Shown here piece by piece: positions 40,053 to 49,180 of a stretch of DNA of 64,000 nucleotides. The DNA is from Candidatus Thioglobus sp. (GTDB lineage Bacteria; Pseudomonadota; Gammaproteobacteria; PS1; Pseudothioglobaceae). Each line of letters opens with the position of its first letter. Position 1 is the first letter of the stretch. The stretch lies in contig JAPYSK010000001.1 in the NCBI GenBank assembly GCA_029936515.1, forward strand, positions 14,079-78,078. Direction: 5' to 3'. The position numbers were made by a program, and so were the translations under genes. The notes under the pieces are model-generated. The model was not told where the DNA came from and made no database searches. It saw only the letters and a list, made by a program, of their open reading frames with translations.

Positions 40053-41121
40053 AAGATGCACTGCTTCTATCAATCTTAATGCAATTAAGAAAAACTACTT
40101 ATATGCAAAATCGCTATCGCCTAATGCTAAAGCGATAGCGATTGTTAAAGCTAATGCTTATGGTCATGGAGCAATTAAAGTTGCAAGTCACCTAGAAGAT
40201 TGCGCTGATTGCTATGGAGTTGCATGCACTGAAGAGGCTATTGAGCTAAGAAACTCTGGAATTGATAAAACTCCTATATTGTTAATGGAAGGTGTTTTTG
40301 AAGCATCTGAACTTAAACTTATTGAAAAATATAATCTAATTGTTACAGTATGTAATTCAAAGCACCTTCAATGGCTTCTTGATAATAAATTTAATAAACC
40401 AGTTGATGTTTTTGTTAAATATGATTCTGGTATGGGTCGACTAGGCTTCCAGGGTGAAGAATTTATCAATGCAATAAATCTACTAGAAGAAAGTGAAAAA
40501 ATTGGCCAAATAACTCTGATGACTCATTTTTCCAGTGCTGATGATTTAAATAGCACGTCAACTAATGAGCAAATCAGCAATTTTGATAAAACTCTATACT
40601 CAAAGAAATATTCTACTTCATTGGCAAATTCAGCAGGAATTATGTCGTGGAGTGAATCTCATAGAGAATATACCCGACCAGGCATTATGCTTTATGGGTC
40701 TTCACCATTTCCAGAAAAATACTTTCTAAATAAACTAACACCAGCAATGACGCTGTCCTCAGTCCTTATATCAATTAAAAGCTTTAAAGTAGGACAATCA
40801 ATTGGCTATGGTTGCCGCTATATTTGTAAACAGGACACACTAATTGGCGTTGTTGCTATCGGTTATGCGGATGGATACCCGCGAAGCGCAAAAGATGGCA
40901 CACCTGTATACATTAATGGAGTTAAAAGTAAAATTGCTGGAAGAGTATCAATGGACATGATAACCATAGACTTAACTGGCGTACCAAATCCTCAAATAGG
41001 CGATTGCGTTGAACTCTTTGGTGAAAATATTTCTATAGATGAAGTTGCTGAACATTGCAGCACTATCTCTTATGAGATCTTTACTAAAATCACAAACAGA
41101 GTTTACAAATCCTACGTCTAA
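40045..41121 (+). CDS. alr: Alanine racemase
   Basis: AIVKANAYGHG, DSGMGRLG, MTHFS, RPGIMLYG, IGYADGY, GRVSMDM. Confidence 0.96.
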   Translation: MARRCTASINLNAIKKNYLYAKSLSPNAKAIAIVKANAYGHGAIKVASHLEDCADCYGVACTEEAIELRNSGIDKTPILLMEGVFEASELKLIEKYNLIVTVCNSKHLQWLLDNKFNKPVDVFVKYDSGMGRLGFQGEEFINAINLLEESEKIGQITLMTHFSSADDLNSTSTNEQISNFDKTLYSKKYSTSLANSAGIMSWSESHREYTRPGIMLYGSSPFPEKYFLNKLTPAMTLSSVLISIKSFKVGQSIGYGCRYICKQDTLIGVVAIGYADGYPRSAKDGTPVYINGVKSKIAGRVSMDMITIDLTGVPNPQIGDCVELFGENISIDEVAEHCSTISYEIFTKITNRVYKSYV

Positions 41122-41180
41122 TTTTTGTAATACCAATATAATACATTCAATTAATTCTTGATTTATTTTTCTCTAAACTC

Positions 41181-41996
41181 ATGCTTACATTAAATCAAAT
41201 AGAATCTTTTAAAAAAAATGGCTATCTAGTTATAGAAAACTACATTGATCAAAGGCAAAGAAATCTTTTAATGCAGCGAGCTGAAGAATTAATAGATGAA
41301 TTTGAACCACCCTCTTCACATTCAGTATTTACTACTAATGAACAGGAAAGAACGAGCGATGAATATTTTTTAAACTCAGGTGATAAAATTCGATTTTTTT
41401 TTGAAGAGAAAGCGATTGATGAAGATGGAAAATTTACGGTTCCCAAGCAACAATCAATCAATAAAATAGGTCATGCACAACATGTATTAGATCCAGTTTA
41501 TAAGGAAGTAATCAAAGAATTAAACTTTCCAAGATTAGGGATACAGTTAGGTATTAAAGATCCTCGACAATTGCAATCTATGCATATTTTCAAACAGCCA
41601 AGTATTGGTGGTGAAGTAGGACTTCATCAAGATTCAAGCTTCTTATATACCACCCCAATGAGCTGCATCGGTTTTTGGGTTGCGCTAGAAGATGCAAACA
41701 AAGAAAACGGTTGTCTACAAGCTATAACTGGTGGTCATTCAATACCACTTAAAAAGCGCTTTAAATTATCTTCAAATGGTGGCACAGAATTTGAGATATT
41801 AGATGATAGTCCTTGGCCTGACAATGCCCTTGACCTATTAGAAGTCAAGGCAGGTACACTTATTATATTACATGGCCAACTACCTCATTATAGTTCTGCA
41901 AACACTTCAGACAGGTCTCGACAAGCATTTTCTCTTCACTTGATAGATCAAAATTGTCACTATGCTGAAGATAACTGGCTACAATCTTTAATCTAA
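41181..41996 (+). CDS. Phytanoyl-CoA dioxygenase family Fe(II)/2OG oxygenase (PHYHD1-like)
   Basis: HQD...H facial triad (LHQDSSFLY, LHGQLPHYS), GCLQAITGGH, 2OG-binding Arg in SRQAFSLH. Confidence 0.88.
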   Translation: MLTLNQIESFKKNGYLVIENYIDQRQRNLLMQRAEELIDEFEPPSSHSVFTTNEQERTSDEYFLNSGDKIRFFFEEKAIDEDGKFTVPKQQSINKIGHAQHVLDPVYKEVIKELNFPRLGIQLGIKDPRQLQSMHIFKQPSIGGEVGLHQDSSFLYTTPMSCIGFWVALEDANKENGCLQAITGGHSIPLKKRFKLSSNGGTEFEILDDSPWPDNALDLLEVKAGTLIILHGQLPHYSSANTSDRSRQAFSLHLIDQNCHYAEDNWLQSLI

Positions 41997-42013
41997 TAAC
42001 ATTTAATAACACT

Positions 42014-42367
42014 ATGCATGACCGAAAAATAACAGACATTCATAATGTTGAATTTAAACCCTTTGATCGCTATGGTTCTCCAGTTCCAAAGATGAGCTGG
42101 CACATTATCAGCTATGATAAATCTTCAGGTTATGGAAGCTATATATTAAAGATGGATGCTGGAGCGCAAACCGTTCCACATACTCATTTAGGCTTTGAGG
42201 AGTTTTTAATTGTAGAAGGTGAATTAATTGATTCAGATGGTATGGTTTTCAAAAAAGGTGATTTTGTATCTTTTGAACCAGGAAGTCAGCATTCTTCTTT
42301 CTCAATCAAAGGTGCCTTAATTATGGTTTTTCAAAGAGGCCTTAATAAGCCAACAGTAGAGGTATAG
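42014..42367 (+). CDS. ChrR-like cupin domain protein
   Basis: Cupin motifs PHTHLGFEEFLIVEG and EPGSQHSS. Confidence 0.8.
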   Translation: MHDRKITDIHNVEFKPFDRYGSPVPKMSWHIISYDKSSGYGSYILKMDAGAQTVPHTHLGFEEFLIVEGELIDSDGMVFKKGDFVSFEPGSQHSSFSIKGALIMVFQRGLNKPTVEV

Positions 42368-42387
42368 TTTCTATGCATAATAAATAA

Positions 42388-43647
42388 TTAACTATCAGAT
42401 TCAGCTTGGGACTCTATCGCCTCTTCAGCGATTACCTCCATTGCTACTAAGCTCGGTCTTTGTGCCATAACCTGGAAGTTTGATTGATCAGACTCATCAA
42501 CGTCCTCATTAATAAACATCATCACAAATACTATTACTGCAATAACTAAATGCACTAGACTTAAATATATTAAAAAGCCAAAGCTATCAAATAGCTTAAG
42601 AAAATAACTCATCGTGAATGGCCCTAATGCTGCAAAAATACTAAAAACAAAAACAATTGTCCCACTAGCGCTAACCATTTGGCTTGGCTTTAGGCGATCA
42701 TTAGTATGAGCAACACCAAGTGAATATAGAGGTAAAGTACTTGCACCAATTAATCCATTTAAGATTAAGAAAATAGTCTTAGAAAAATCAAATAATGCAA
42801 GAAGTACACAGATCCCTACAACTATTAAACAGCATAATAAAATTACCTTTCTTCGATCAATCCTATCAGATATCCAGCCAAGTGGCCATTGTGATAAAGC
42901 TCCAAAACCAAGGAAAAGAGTCATAAAAAGTGCAGTCTCTGAAATGCTTAAACCAGACTTAATTGCATAAATTGTTCCAACCCCAAAGAAGCCAGCAGAT
43001 GCAAGCCCCGAAATACCTATAGTTGCAACACCTGAGGGTGAAGCTTTCCAGAGGGCTTTAAAGCCTAAGGATTCTTGCAGTTCTATTTTTTCTTCAGGAG
43101 TCTTAATTTCAGTTAAAAGAATAGGAATTAGTGAAATTGAAAGCAAAATAGAGGCAAGTAAGAACAAATTTACGCCTGCCGGACTATCAACAACAAACAA
43201 ACCCTGGCCCATTGCAAGCCCTCCCCAGACAACCATCATATGAATTGAGAAAAGTTGACCACGATTTTCATTTGACGATATTGAGTTTAACCAGCCCTCA
43301 ACTATTATCATGATGCCTACAATGCAAAAACCTGATAAAAATCTAGCAACAAACCATACTGGTGGCTCAATAAATAATAATTGAATCAGGATTGCAGTTG
43401 AAGCTATTGAGGCATATGCAGCATACGTTCTAATTTGACCAGTTCTCTTTATTTGATTTGGTGATATCAGTGAACTTGCAAAAGCACCCACGAAAAAACC
43501 TGACATTACTAGTCCAGTAGTAATTACAGAGAAACCCTCATAGTCGGCACGCCAACTACTTAAAGTACCTTGCAAGCCATTACCAAGACTAATAAAAAAA
43601 ATGCCCAAAAACAAAGGCCATAAGGAGCGCAAAACAACAGTCAACAT
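42388..43647 (-). CDS. MFS transporter (YcaD-like)
   Basis: 12-TM pattern; GNGLQGTL, RFLSGFC, EGWLN, QWPLGWISDRIDRR, PLYSLGVAHTND. Confidence 0.85.
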   Translation of the reverse strand: MLTVVLRSLWPLFLGIFFISLGNGLQGTLSSWRADYEGFSVITTGLVMSGFFVGAFASSLISPNQIKRTGQIRTYAAYASIASTAILIQLLFIEPPVWFVARFLSGFCIVGIMIIVEGWLNSISSNENRGQLFSIHMMVVWGGLAMGQGLFVVDSPAGVNLFLLASILLSISLIPILLTEIKTPEEKIELQESLGFKALWKASPSGVATIGISGLASAGFFGVGTIYAIKSGLSISETALFMTLFLGFGALSQWPLGWISDRIDRRKVILLCCLIVVGICVLLALFDFSKTIFLILNGLIGASTLPLYSLGVAHTNDRLKPSQMVSASGTIVFVFSIFAALGPFTMSYFLKLFDSFGFLIYLSLVHLVIAVIVFVMMFINEDVDESDQSNFQVMAQRPSLVAMEVIAEEAIESQAESDS

Positions 43648-43763
43648 AATTAATTCAAACCCATTAAATAATCAAATCATCGATAAATTAAAAACAATTT
43701 ATTATGACACTTTTTTTTAAAGAACGCGGATTTTAATATAATTTAATACTATATTTAACAAAC

Positions 43764-44048
43764 ATGGTAAAAAGATTTTTTATGGTCATTAATCCTGAAA
43801 ATAATTGGATAATTTATTTACTTGAATGTGGCGATAAAAGCCTTTATTGTGGGATTACTAACAATCTTGAAAGACGCCTTAAACAGCACAGAGGAGAGAG
43901 CAAAGGTGGGGCTAAATATACAAGGTCACATCAGCCATGCAGATTGGTTTATAAAGAAGAGTCCTTGTCAAGAAGTAAAGCTCTACAGAGAGAAGCTGTA
44001 ATCAAAAAAATGACAAAAGAAGCCAAACTAGCGCTAATTAATTTATAG
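43764..44048 (+). CDS. GIY-YIG nuclease family protein (UPF0213/YhbQ-like)
   Basis: IYLLECGDKSLYCGITNNLERRLKQH, GAKYTR, ALQREAVIKK. Confidence 0.88.
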   Translation: MVKRFFMVINPENNWIIYLLECGDKSLYCGITNNLERRLKQHRGESKGGAKYTRSHQPCRLVYKEESLSRSKALQREAVIKKMTKEAKLALINL

Positions 44049-44075
44049 GAAAAAGGAGTATCTAAAAGTTAGTAG

Positions 44076-44603
44076 TTAGTTTTGTAAATTACCTAGATCG
44101 TTTAAAACCATTTCAGAGTGAGTTTTAGGATCTACAGATAGATAAATTTTAGCTACTAATCCTGTAGGATCAATGATAAAAGTATTTCTCTTTGCAGTTT
44201 TATAGACAAGAAAATTTCTTAATGAGTCGTATAATTTTGCTACCTCTCCTGTTTCGTCAGACAATAGAGAGAATGGTAGTTTGTTTTTATCCGAAAAAAG
44301 CTTGTGCGATTCAACGCTATCAAGACTTACTCCAAAAACAACTGATTTACTTGCAATAATGCGTTTGACTGCATCTCTAAAGTCACATGCCTGAGTTGTG
44401 CATCCTGGAGTGCCATCTTTTGGATAAAAATATAAAACAACCCAATTACCCTTGTAATCATTTAGCTCATGGGTAAGGTTATTTTGATCTCTTAGGCTGA
44501 AATTTGGCGCCCTATCGCCAACTTTTAATGCAGCTAAAGAAGAGGAAGAGGCAATCAAAAAAAATACAATGAACGATATAACTTTAACTGATTTGTGACA
44601 CAT
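44076..44603 (-). CDS. bcp: Peroxiredoxin, BCP/PrxQ family, with signal peptide
   Basis: LYFYPKDGTPGCTTQACDFRD (CxxxxC), FSLLSD, RNTFIID; hydrophobic N-terminus. Confidence 0.9.
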   Translation of the reverse strand: MCHKSVKVISFIVFFLIASSSSLAALKVGDRAPNFSLRDQNNLTHELNDYKGNWVVLYFYPKDGTPGCTTQACDFRDAVKRIIASKSVVFGVSLDSVESHKLFSDKNKLPFSLLSDETGEVAKLYDSLRNFLVYKTAKRNTFIIDPTGLVAKIYLSVDPKTHSEMVLNDLGNLQN

Positions 44604-44667
44604 ATTTAAAAAAATAATACCTTATTAAAATCTATATTTTAACTTTAAAATTTGCTATTTATGTTTC

Positions 44668-44835
44668 TTAATTTGTGTCAGTTTTTTCGACCTTTCTTGA
44701 ATTTTGAATTGCACTACGGTACCAAGCTATAGCTTTTTGAAATTGATATTCATTGATATTATTTCTTCTGCAATATGCACTTGCTTTGCTTTCTCTTGAA
44801 TTTTTAACTGTACTTTGATCCAATATATGATTCAT
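44668..44835 (-). CDS. Possible 55-aa small hypothetical protein
   Basis: Manual ORF MNHILDQSTVKNSRESKASAYCRRNNINEYQFQKAIAWYRSAIQNSRKVEKTDTN, below the ORF-track cutoff; no family recognised. Confidence 0.35.
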   Translation of the reverse strand: MNHILDQSTVKNSRESKASAYCRRNNINEYQFQKAIAWYRSAIQNSRKVEKTDTN

Positions 44836-44854
44836 ATATAATTCCAGTAAAACA

Positions 44855-44895
44855 TGCTTTAGTTGTAAGGTAGGAGTAACCTAACAACTAAAGCA
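44855..44895. other. Long stem-loop in intergenic DNA
   Basis: TGCTTTAGTTGTAAGG / CCTAACAACTAAAGCA, 16-bp stem with 1 mismatch, loop TAGGAGTAA. Confidence 0.65.
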
Positions 44896-45230
44896 GGAAC
44901 CTCATTGCCAAGCGGAGAGAGAATGACAAAAATACTCGAGGTTTTTTAAAAAACTTTTTACATACTTTAATTAACAATCTTTAGTAACATTGTTTTTAGC
45001 TATCAGAGAATAATTAAATTTTTATAAATAATTACCAAATTCAAGTTACAACGTAAAGGGGTTGTCGTTGCAATTTCTCCAATAAACTAAAAACAATGTC
45101 TTCATCATAGGCGCTGAGAGTAAATATCAAATGTTTTATAGGTGAAGTTTTGGTGGAGAATTTATGAAGATTCTCTTTTTAATTTGTTTTTAAACTACAA
45201 TATTATCTTTTCTCTTTAAATCTGACCTAA

Positions 45231-45899
45231 ATGCAGCACATACTAATCATTGAAGACGATAGAATAATTGCTGAAAGCATTGAGTTTATCCTTGAAAAAG
45301 ACTCATTCAGTTGTCAGTGGTTTAATAATGGTAGCGAATCTCTTAATTACCTCGATAACAACAAGGTTGATCTTATACTTCTTGATGTAGGCTTGCCAGA
45401 TATGAATGGCTTTGATGTGCTTCGTAAAGTTCGTATTAAATCAAACATACCAGTAATTATTATCTCAGCTAGAGATGACGAATCAGACCAAGTGCTGGGT
45501 CTTGAGGGATTAGGAGCTAATGCATATGTAACAAAACCTCTGAGCCCAAGACTGGTTGTAGCGCATGTTCGCTCACAGCTTAGACATCTTCGCTCAGACA
45601 AGAAAACTAGTGAATCGAAATTCAGTATCAATCAAGCACTTCAGAGAGTTATTTTTCATGATCAAGAGCTTACATTAACGCCTGCTGAATTTAAAATCTT
45701 ATCCCTACTAATTAAAAAACCTAACAGAGTTCATTCTAGGGAATATTTAATGAATATTATCTGGGATAGACCTCATGGATCAGACCTTAAGACCATCAAT
45801 ACACATATTAAATCTATCCGTAAACGCCTTAACGAGATTGATTCAGAAAACGACTATATAGAGACTCACAGAGGTATTGGTTATAGTCTTATTGAATGA
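45231..45899 (+). CDS. creB: OmpR-family response regulator, CreB-like
   Basis: ILIIEDD, LDVGLPDMNG (phospho-Asp), winged HTH LTPAEFKIL, IETHRGIGYS; paired with a CreC-like kinase. Confidence 0.75.
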   Translation: MQHILIIEDDRIIAESIEFILEKDSFSCQWFNNGSESLNYLDNNKVDLILLDVGLPDMNGFDVLRKVRIKSNIPVIIISARDDESDQVLGLEGLGANAYVTKPLSPRLVVAHVRSQLRHLRSDKKTSESKFSINQALQRVIFHDQELTLTPAEFKILSLLIKKPNRVHSREYLMNIIWDRPHGSDLKTINTHIKSIRKRLNEIDSENDYIETHRGIGYSLIE

Positions 45900-47350
45900 A
45901 ACACTTCAAGCTAAATATTGGAACTAAACTTTTTATTCTTTACTTTGTTATAAGTAGTGCCTTGGTTTTTGTTTTTGTTAATCGAACAAGTACAGATTCT
46001 GCAAAAGAAGTAATGATTGAAGTATCTGAACTCATGAGTAGAATTGCTTCAGGGAATAATATTAATGGCGAAATTGACATAGTAACCTTTGAAAACCTTA
46101 TTGGAAGTTACTTTAGATCTCAAGAAAATACCATTCATCATCCTAGTAGCCAGCGCTTAGAAAATTTAGCAATCTATTTAACAGACAAGGATGGTCTCCT
46201 CATTCTAGATTCGCGAGACCTTAAGCTTGGAAAAAATATGAAACATCTCAGCGAAGTTGAATCAGCACTTCAAGGAGATAGAGGCATCACTAGAGTTGTT
46301 GCTGAACCTGTATTGGGCCCTAGAAAAGCCAGAGGCGTTGCAATTGATTATTTTTATAAACCTGAATTTTTGCATGCATCAAACCCAATTTATGGCAGAA
46401 ATGGTGAAATTTTAGGAGCTATAGTTGTTGTAGCTCCAATGTTTGATTTAATGAATAAAGATTATTTACTTGAATTTATTTTTTATGTTTTTCTTATCTC
46501 ACTGATTTTTGGTGCATTAGGTAGCTATAGAATTTCTAGAAATATTAAACGTTTAGATAAATATATCTCAAGCCTATTTAGTGGAGAAGATGTCACCCCT
46601 CCCGATTTAAATATCCAATTTAAAAAGCTTGCTTTGACCATACAAAACGCTAGGGGTAATGTTGAGCTTAAGGATGCTGTTGAGCAGTATATTGACACAC
46701 TTGCTCATGAATTAAGAACTCCGATAACTGGCATACAGCTAACAGCAGAAACATTATTGACTCCTATGAGTGATGAGGAAAGAAAGCGATTCATTAAAAA
46801 CATTCTCGTCTCTAATAAACAAATGGACAAGCTAGTAACTAGATTGCTAGACCTTTCAAGAATTGAAAGACGTGAATCCTTAATAAAACCTGAAAAATTA
46901 AAAATATTACCAATTATTGAAAGCGCCATAAAAGCACCGTCTCGAACTCGCACAATTGCAAGTAAAAACATTAATATAGCTCTAGAAATTGATAATAAAA
47001 TCACAATATTTGCTGAAAAAATATTACTTGAACAAGCAATTAGTAATATTTTGAACAATGCTCTAGAGTTCAGTCCTAAAGAAGGAATCATAACAATCAA
47101 GGCCTCTGAAACCAATACAGCTGTCTCAATTATAGTGCTTGATGATGGGCCAGGAATGCCGCCTCATGTTCTAAGAAATTTATTTACTCGATTCTTCTCA
47201 GTGTCAAGGCCTGACTCGGGAGACAGAGGTAACGGTTTAGGATTAAGGTTTGTTAGAAAGATAATGCAACTCCATGAAGGTGAAATCACTTTGAAAAATC
47301 GCTTATTACAGCAAGGCGCTGAAGCAAAGTTAAGATTTCCAATTAAGTGA
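45896..47350 (+). CDS. creC: Sensor histidine kinase, CreC-like
   Basis: YIDTLAHELRTP (H box), NILNNALEFSP, DDGPG, FTRFFSVSRP, GNGLGL; N-terminus resembles CreC. Confidence 0.75.
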   Translation: MKHFKLNIGTKLFILYFVISSALVFVFVNRTSTDSAKEVMIEVSELMSRIASGNNINGEIDIVTFENLIGSYFRSQENTIHHPSSQRLENLAIYLTDKDGLLILDSRDLKLGKNMKHLSEVESALQGDRGITRVVAEPVLGPRKARGVAIDYFYKPEFLHASNPIYGRNGEILGAIVVVAPMFDLMNKDYLLEFIFYVFLISLIFGALGSYRISRNIKRLDKYISSLFSGEDVTPPDLNIQFKKLALTIQNARGNVELKDAVEQYIDTLAHELRTPITGIQLTAETLLTPMSDEERKRFIKNILVSNKQMDKLVTRLLDLSRIERRESLIKPEKLKILPIIESAIKAPSRTRTIASKNINIALEIDNKITIFAEKILLEQAISNILNNALEFSPKEGIITIKASETNTAVSIIVLDDGPGMPPHVLRNLFTRFFSVSRPDSGDRGNGLGLRFVRKIMQLHEGEITLKNRLLQQGAEAKLRFPIK

Positions 47351-47481
47351 CATTTAATTGCCTTTTCAGATGGAAGTGTAAATCATCATAAGATGTTGTA
47401 AAATTTTATTTTCAATCTTTAAACAAAGTTAATTTTTATGGTATTATTCGCCAGTTTTATTCCGAAAACCTAACAGAAAAT

Positions 47482-48243
47482 ATGAAAATAATCATCCCTA
47501 TCAAACGTGTCCTTGACCCTTACACCCAAGCACGAATCAACAAGCAAACACAACTAGTTGATTTAACCAATGCAAAAATGGCAATGAATCCTTTTTGCGA
47601 GATTGCTGTTGAAGAGGCATTAACCCTTAAAGAAAGTGGCAGCGCTAACGAAACAATTGTAGTTAGTATCGGCACTGACAAAACAGTAGACACCCTTAGA
47701 ACTGCACTGGCGATGGGCGTTGATCGAGCTATTTTCATTAAGACTGAAACAGATTTAGATTTACAGCCATTACACGTTGCTAAGATTTTAGCCAATATTA
47801 TCAATCGCGAACAAGCTGATCTAATCATCATGGGTAAGCAAGCTGTTGATAATGATAATAACCAAACTGGTCAAATTCTCTCAGGCCTTCTAGATTACTC
47901 ACTTGGAACATTCATTTCTAAATTTGATTTAAGTAGTGACGCTAAGAGTGTAGAGGTTTGCCGTGAAATTGACTCCGGAATAGAAACTAGGAAACTTAAT
48001 CTACCTTCAATAGTTACAGTCGATTTAAGGCTAAATGAACCTAGATATGCTTCATTACCAAACATTATGAAGGCAAGGTCTAAGCCTTTAGAGACAATTG
48101 AAATAGAAAGCCTTGGTATTGACATCACACCGAGAATTAAAGTTATTAGTGTTGAAGAGTCTGGAACTAAAGATAGAGCCTCTAAACAGATTAGCTCTGC
48201 TGAAGAATTTTTCTCCGAGTTAAATCAATTAGGAGTCCTATAA
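47482..48243 (+). CDS. etfB: Electron transfer flavoprotein beta subunit
   Basis: IKRVLDP, MNPFCEIAVEEAL, GKQAVDNDNNQTG, DLRLNEPRYASLPNIMKA. Confidence 0.95.
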   Translation: MKIIIPIKRVLDPYTQARINKQTQLVDLTNAKMAMNPFCEIAVEEALTLKESGSANETIVVSIGTDKTVDTLRTALAMGVDRAIFIKTETDLDLQPLHVAKILANIINREQADLIIMGKQAVDNDNNQTGQILSGLLDYSLGTFISKFDLSSDAKSVEVCREIDSGIETRKLNLPSIVTVDLRLNEPRYASLPNIMKARSKPLETIEIESLGIDITPRIKVISVEESGTKDRASKQISSAEEFFSELNQLGVL

Positions 48244-49169
48244 TGTCTGCACTTATTCTAATTGAACTCAACGGCTCTGAAGTTAGTGCTAATAGCAGAG
48301 CTGCAATAACAGCAGCTTCTGAACTTTCTGATAGCATAGACGCCTTAGTGCTTACAAATGATTCGGCACACTCTACTCCAGTTGCATCTCTGAGTGGCAT
48401 CAACACAGTAAAAATGATCGTTAGTCCTGAATTGGAGCATCCCAGTGTTGAAGTTGCTAGTAAGCTAGTAGCAGAGGCAATGAGTGGTTATAAATATTTA
48501 ATCTCTGGATCGTCAACCTTTAGTAAAAATATTTTACCAAGAGTTGGCGCCTATCTAGATGTTCAACCTATATCTGATGTTTGTGAAATTAAATCAAATA
48601 ACACATTTGTTCGCCCATTATATGCCGGTAACATTATGGCAACAGTTGAGTCAAATGATGAGACTATGTTGTTAACTGTTAGAGCTACTGCTTTTGAGCA
48701 TAGCCCTGATGGTGGCTCAGCAGCAGTTGAGAATTTGTCACCATCTATCCCCGAGTCAAACTCTATCTTTGTTTCTCTTCAGGAATCTCAATCAGAGCGG
48801 CCTGAGCTAACAACAGCCGAGAGAATTGTTTCTGGTGGACGTGGACTTGGATCAAAAGAAAACTTTGCCCTAATTGAGCAATTAGCTGACAAGTTAGACG
48901 CAGCAGTTGGTGCTTCTAGAGCTGCGGTTGATGCAGGCTTTATTTCGAATGACTACCAAGTTGGACAAACAGGTAAAGTTGTTGCACCTAAATTGTATTT
49001 AGCTGTTGGCATTTCTGGTGCCATTCAACATCTTGCTGGCATGAAAGACTCTCAGGTCATTGTAGTGATAAATAGTGATCCAGATGCGCCTATGTCTAGA
49101 ATGGCTGATTTAGTATGGCAGACTGATTTGTTTGACGCTTTAAAAGATCTCAATGATTACACCCAATAG
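48243..49169 (+). CDS. etfA: Electron transfer flavoprotein alpha subunit
   Basis: RPLYAGN, VSGGRG, GASRAAVD, QVGQTGK, GISGAIQHLAGM. Confidence 0.96.
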   Translation: MSALILIELNGSEVSANSRAAITAASELSDSIDALVLTNDSAHSTPVASLSGINTVKMIVSPELEHPSVEVASKLVAEAMSGYKYLISGSSTFSKNILPRVGAYLDVQPISDVCEIKSNNTFVRPLYAGNIMATVESNDETMLLTVRATAFEHSPDGGSAAVENLSPSIPESNSIFVSLQESQSERPELTTAERIVSGGRGLGSKENFALIEQLADKLDAAVGASRAAVDAGFISNDYQVGQTGKVVAPKLYLAVGISGAIQHLAGMKDSQVIVVINSDPDAPMSRMADLVWQTDLFDALKDLNDYTQ

Positions 49170-49180
49170 GGATACAAATA

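Noticed and set aside
42014-42367. DMSP lyase DddK/DddQ
   Set aside because: Only generic cupin metal motifs; the pattern fits ChrR-like cupin_7 better, and function cannot be assigned
44668-44835. IS66 TnpA remnant (AYCRRNNINEYQF)
   Set aside because: Similarity limited to a few residues; no transposase or terminal inverted repeats nearby
45105-45130. TPP riboswitch (GCTGAGAG)
   Set aside because: Other conserved TPP elements are missing and no thiamine genes lie downstream
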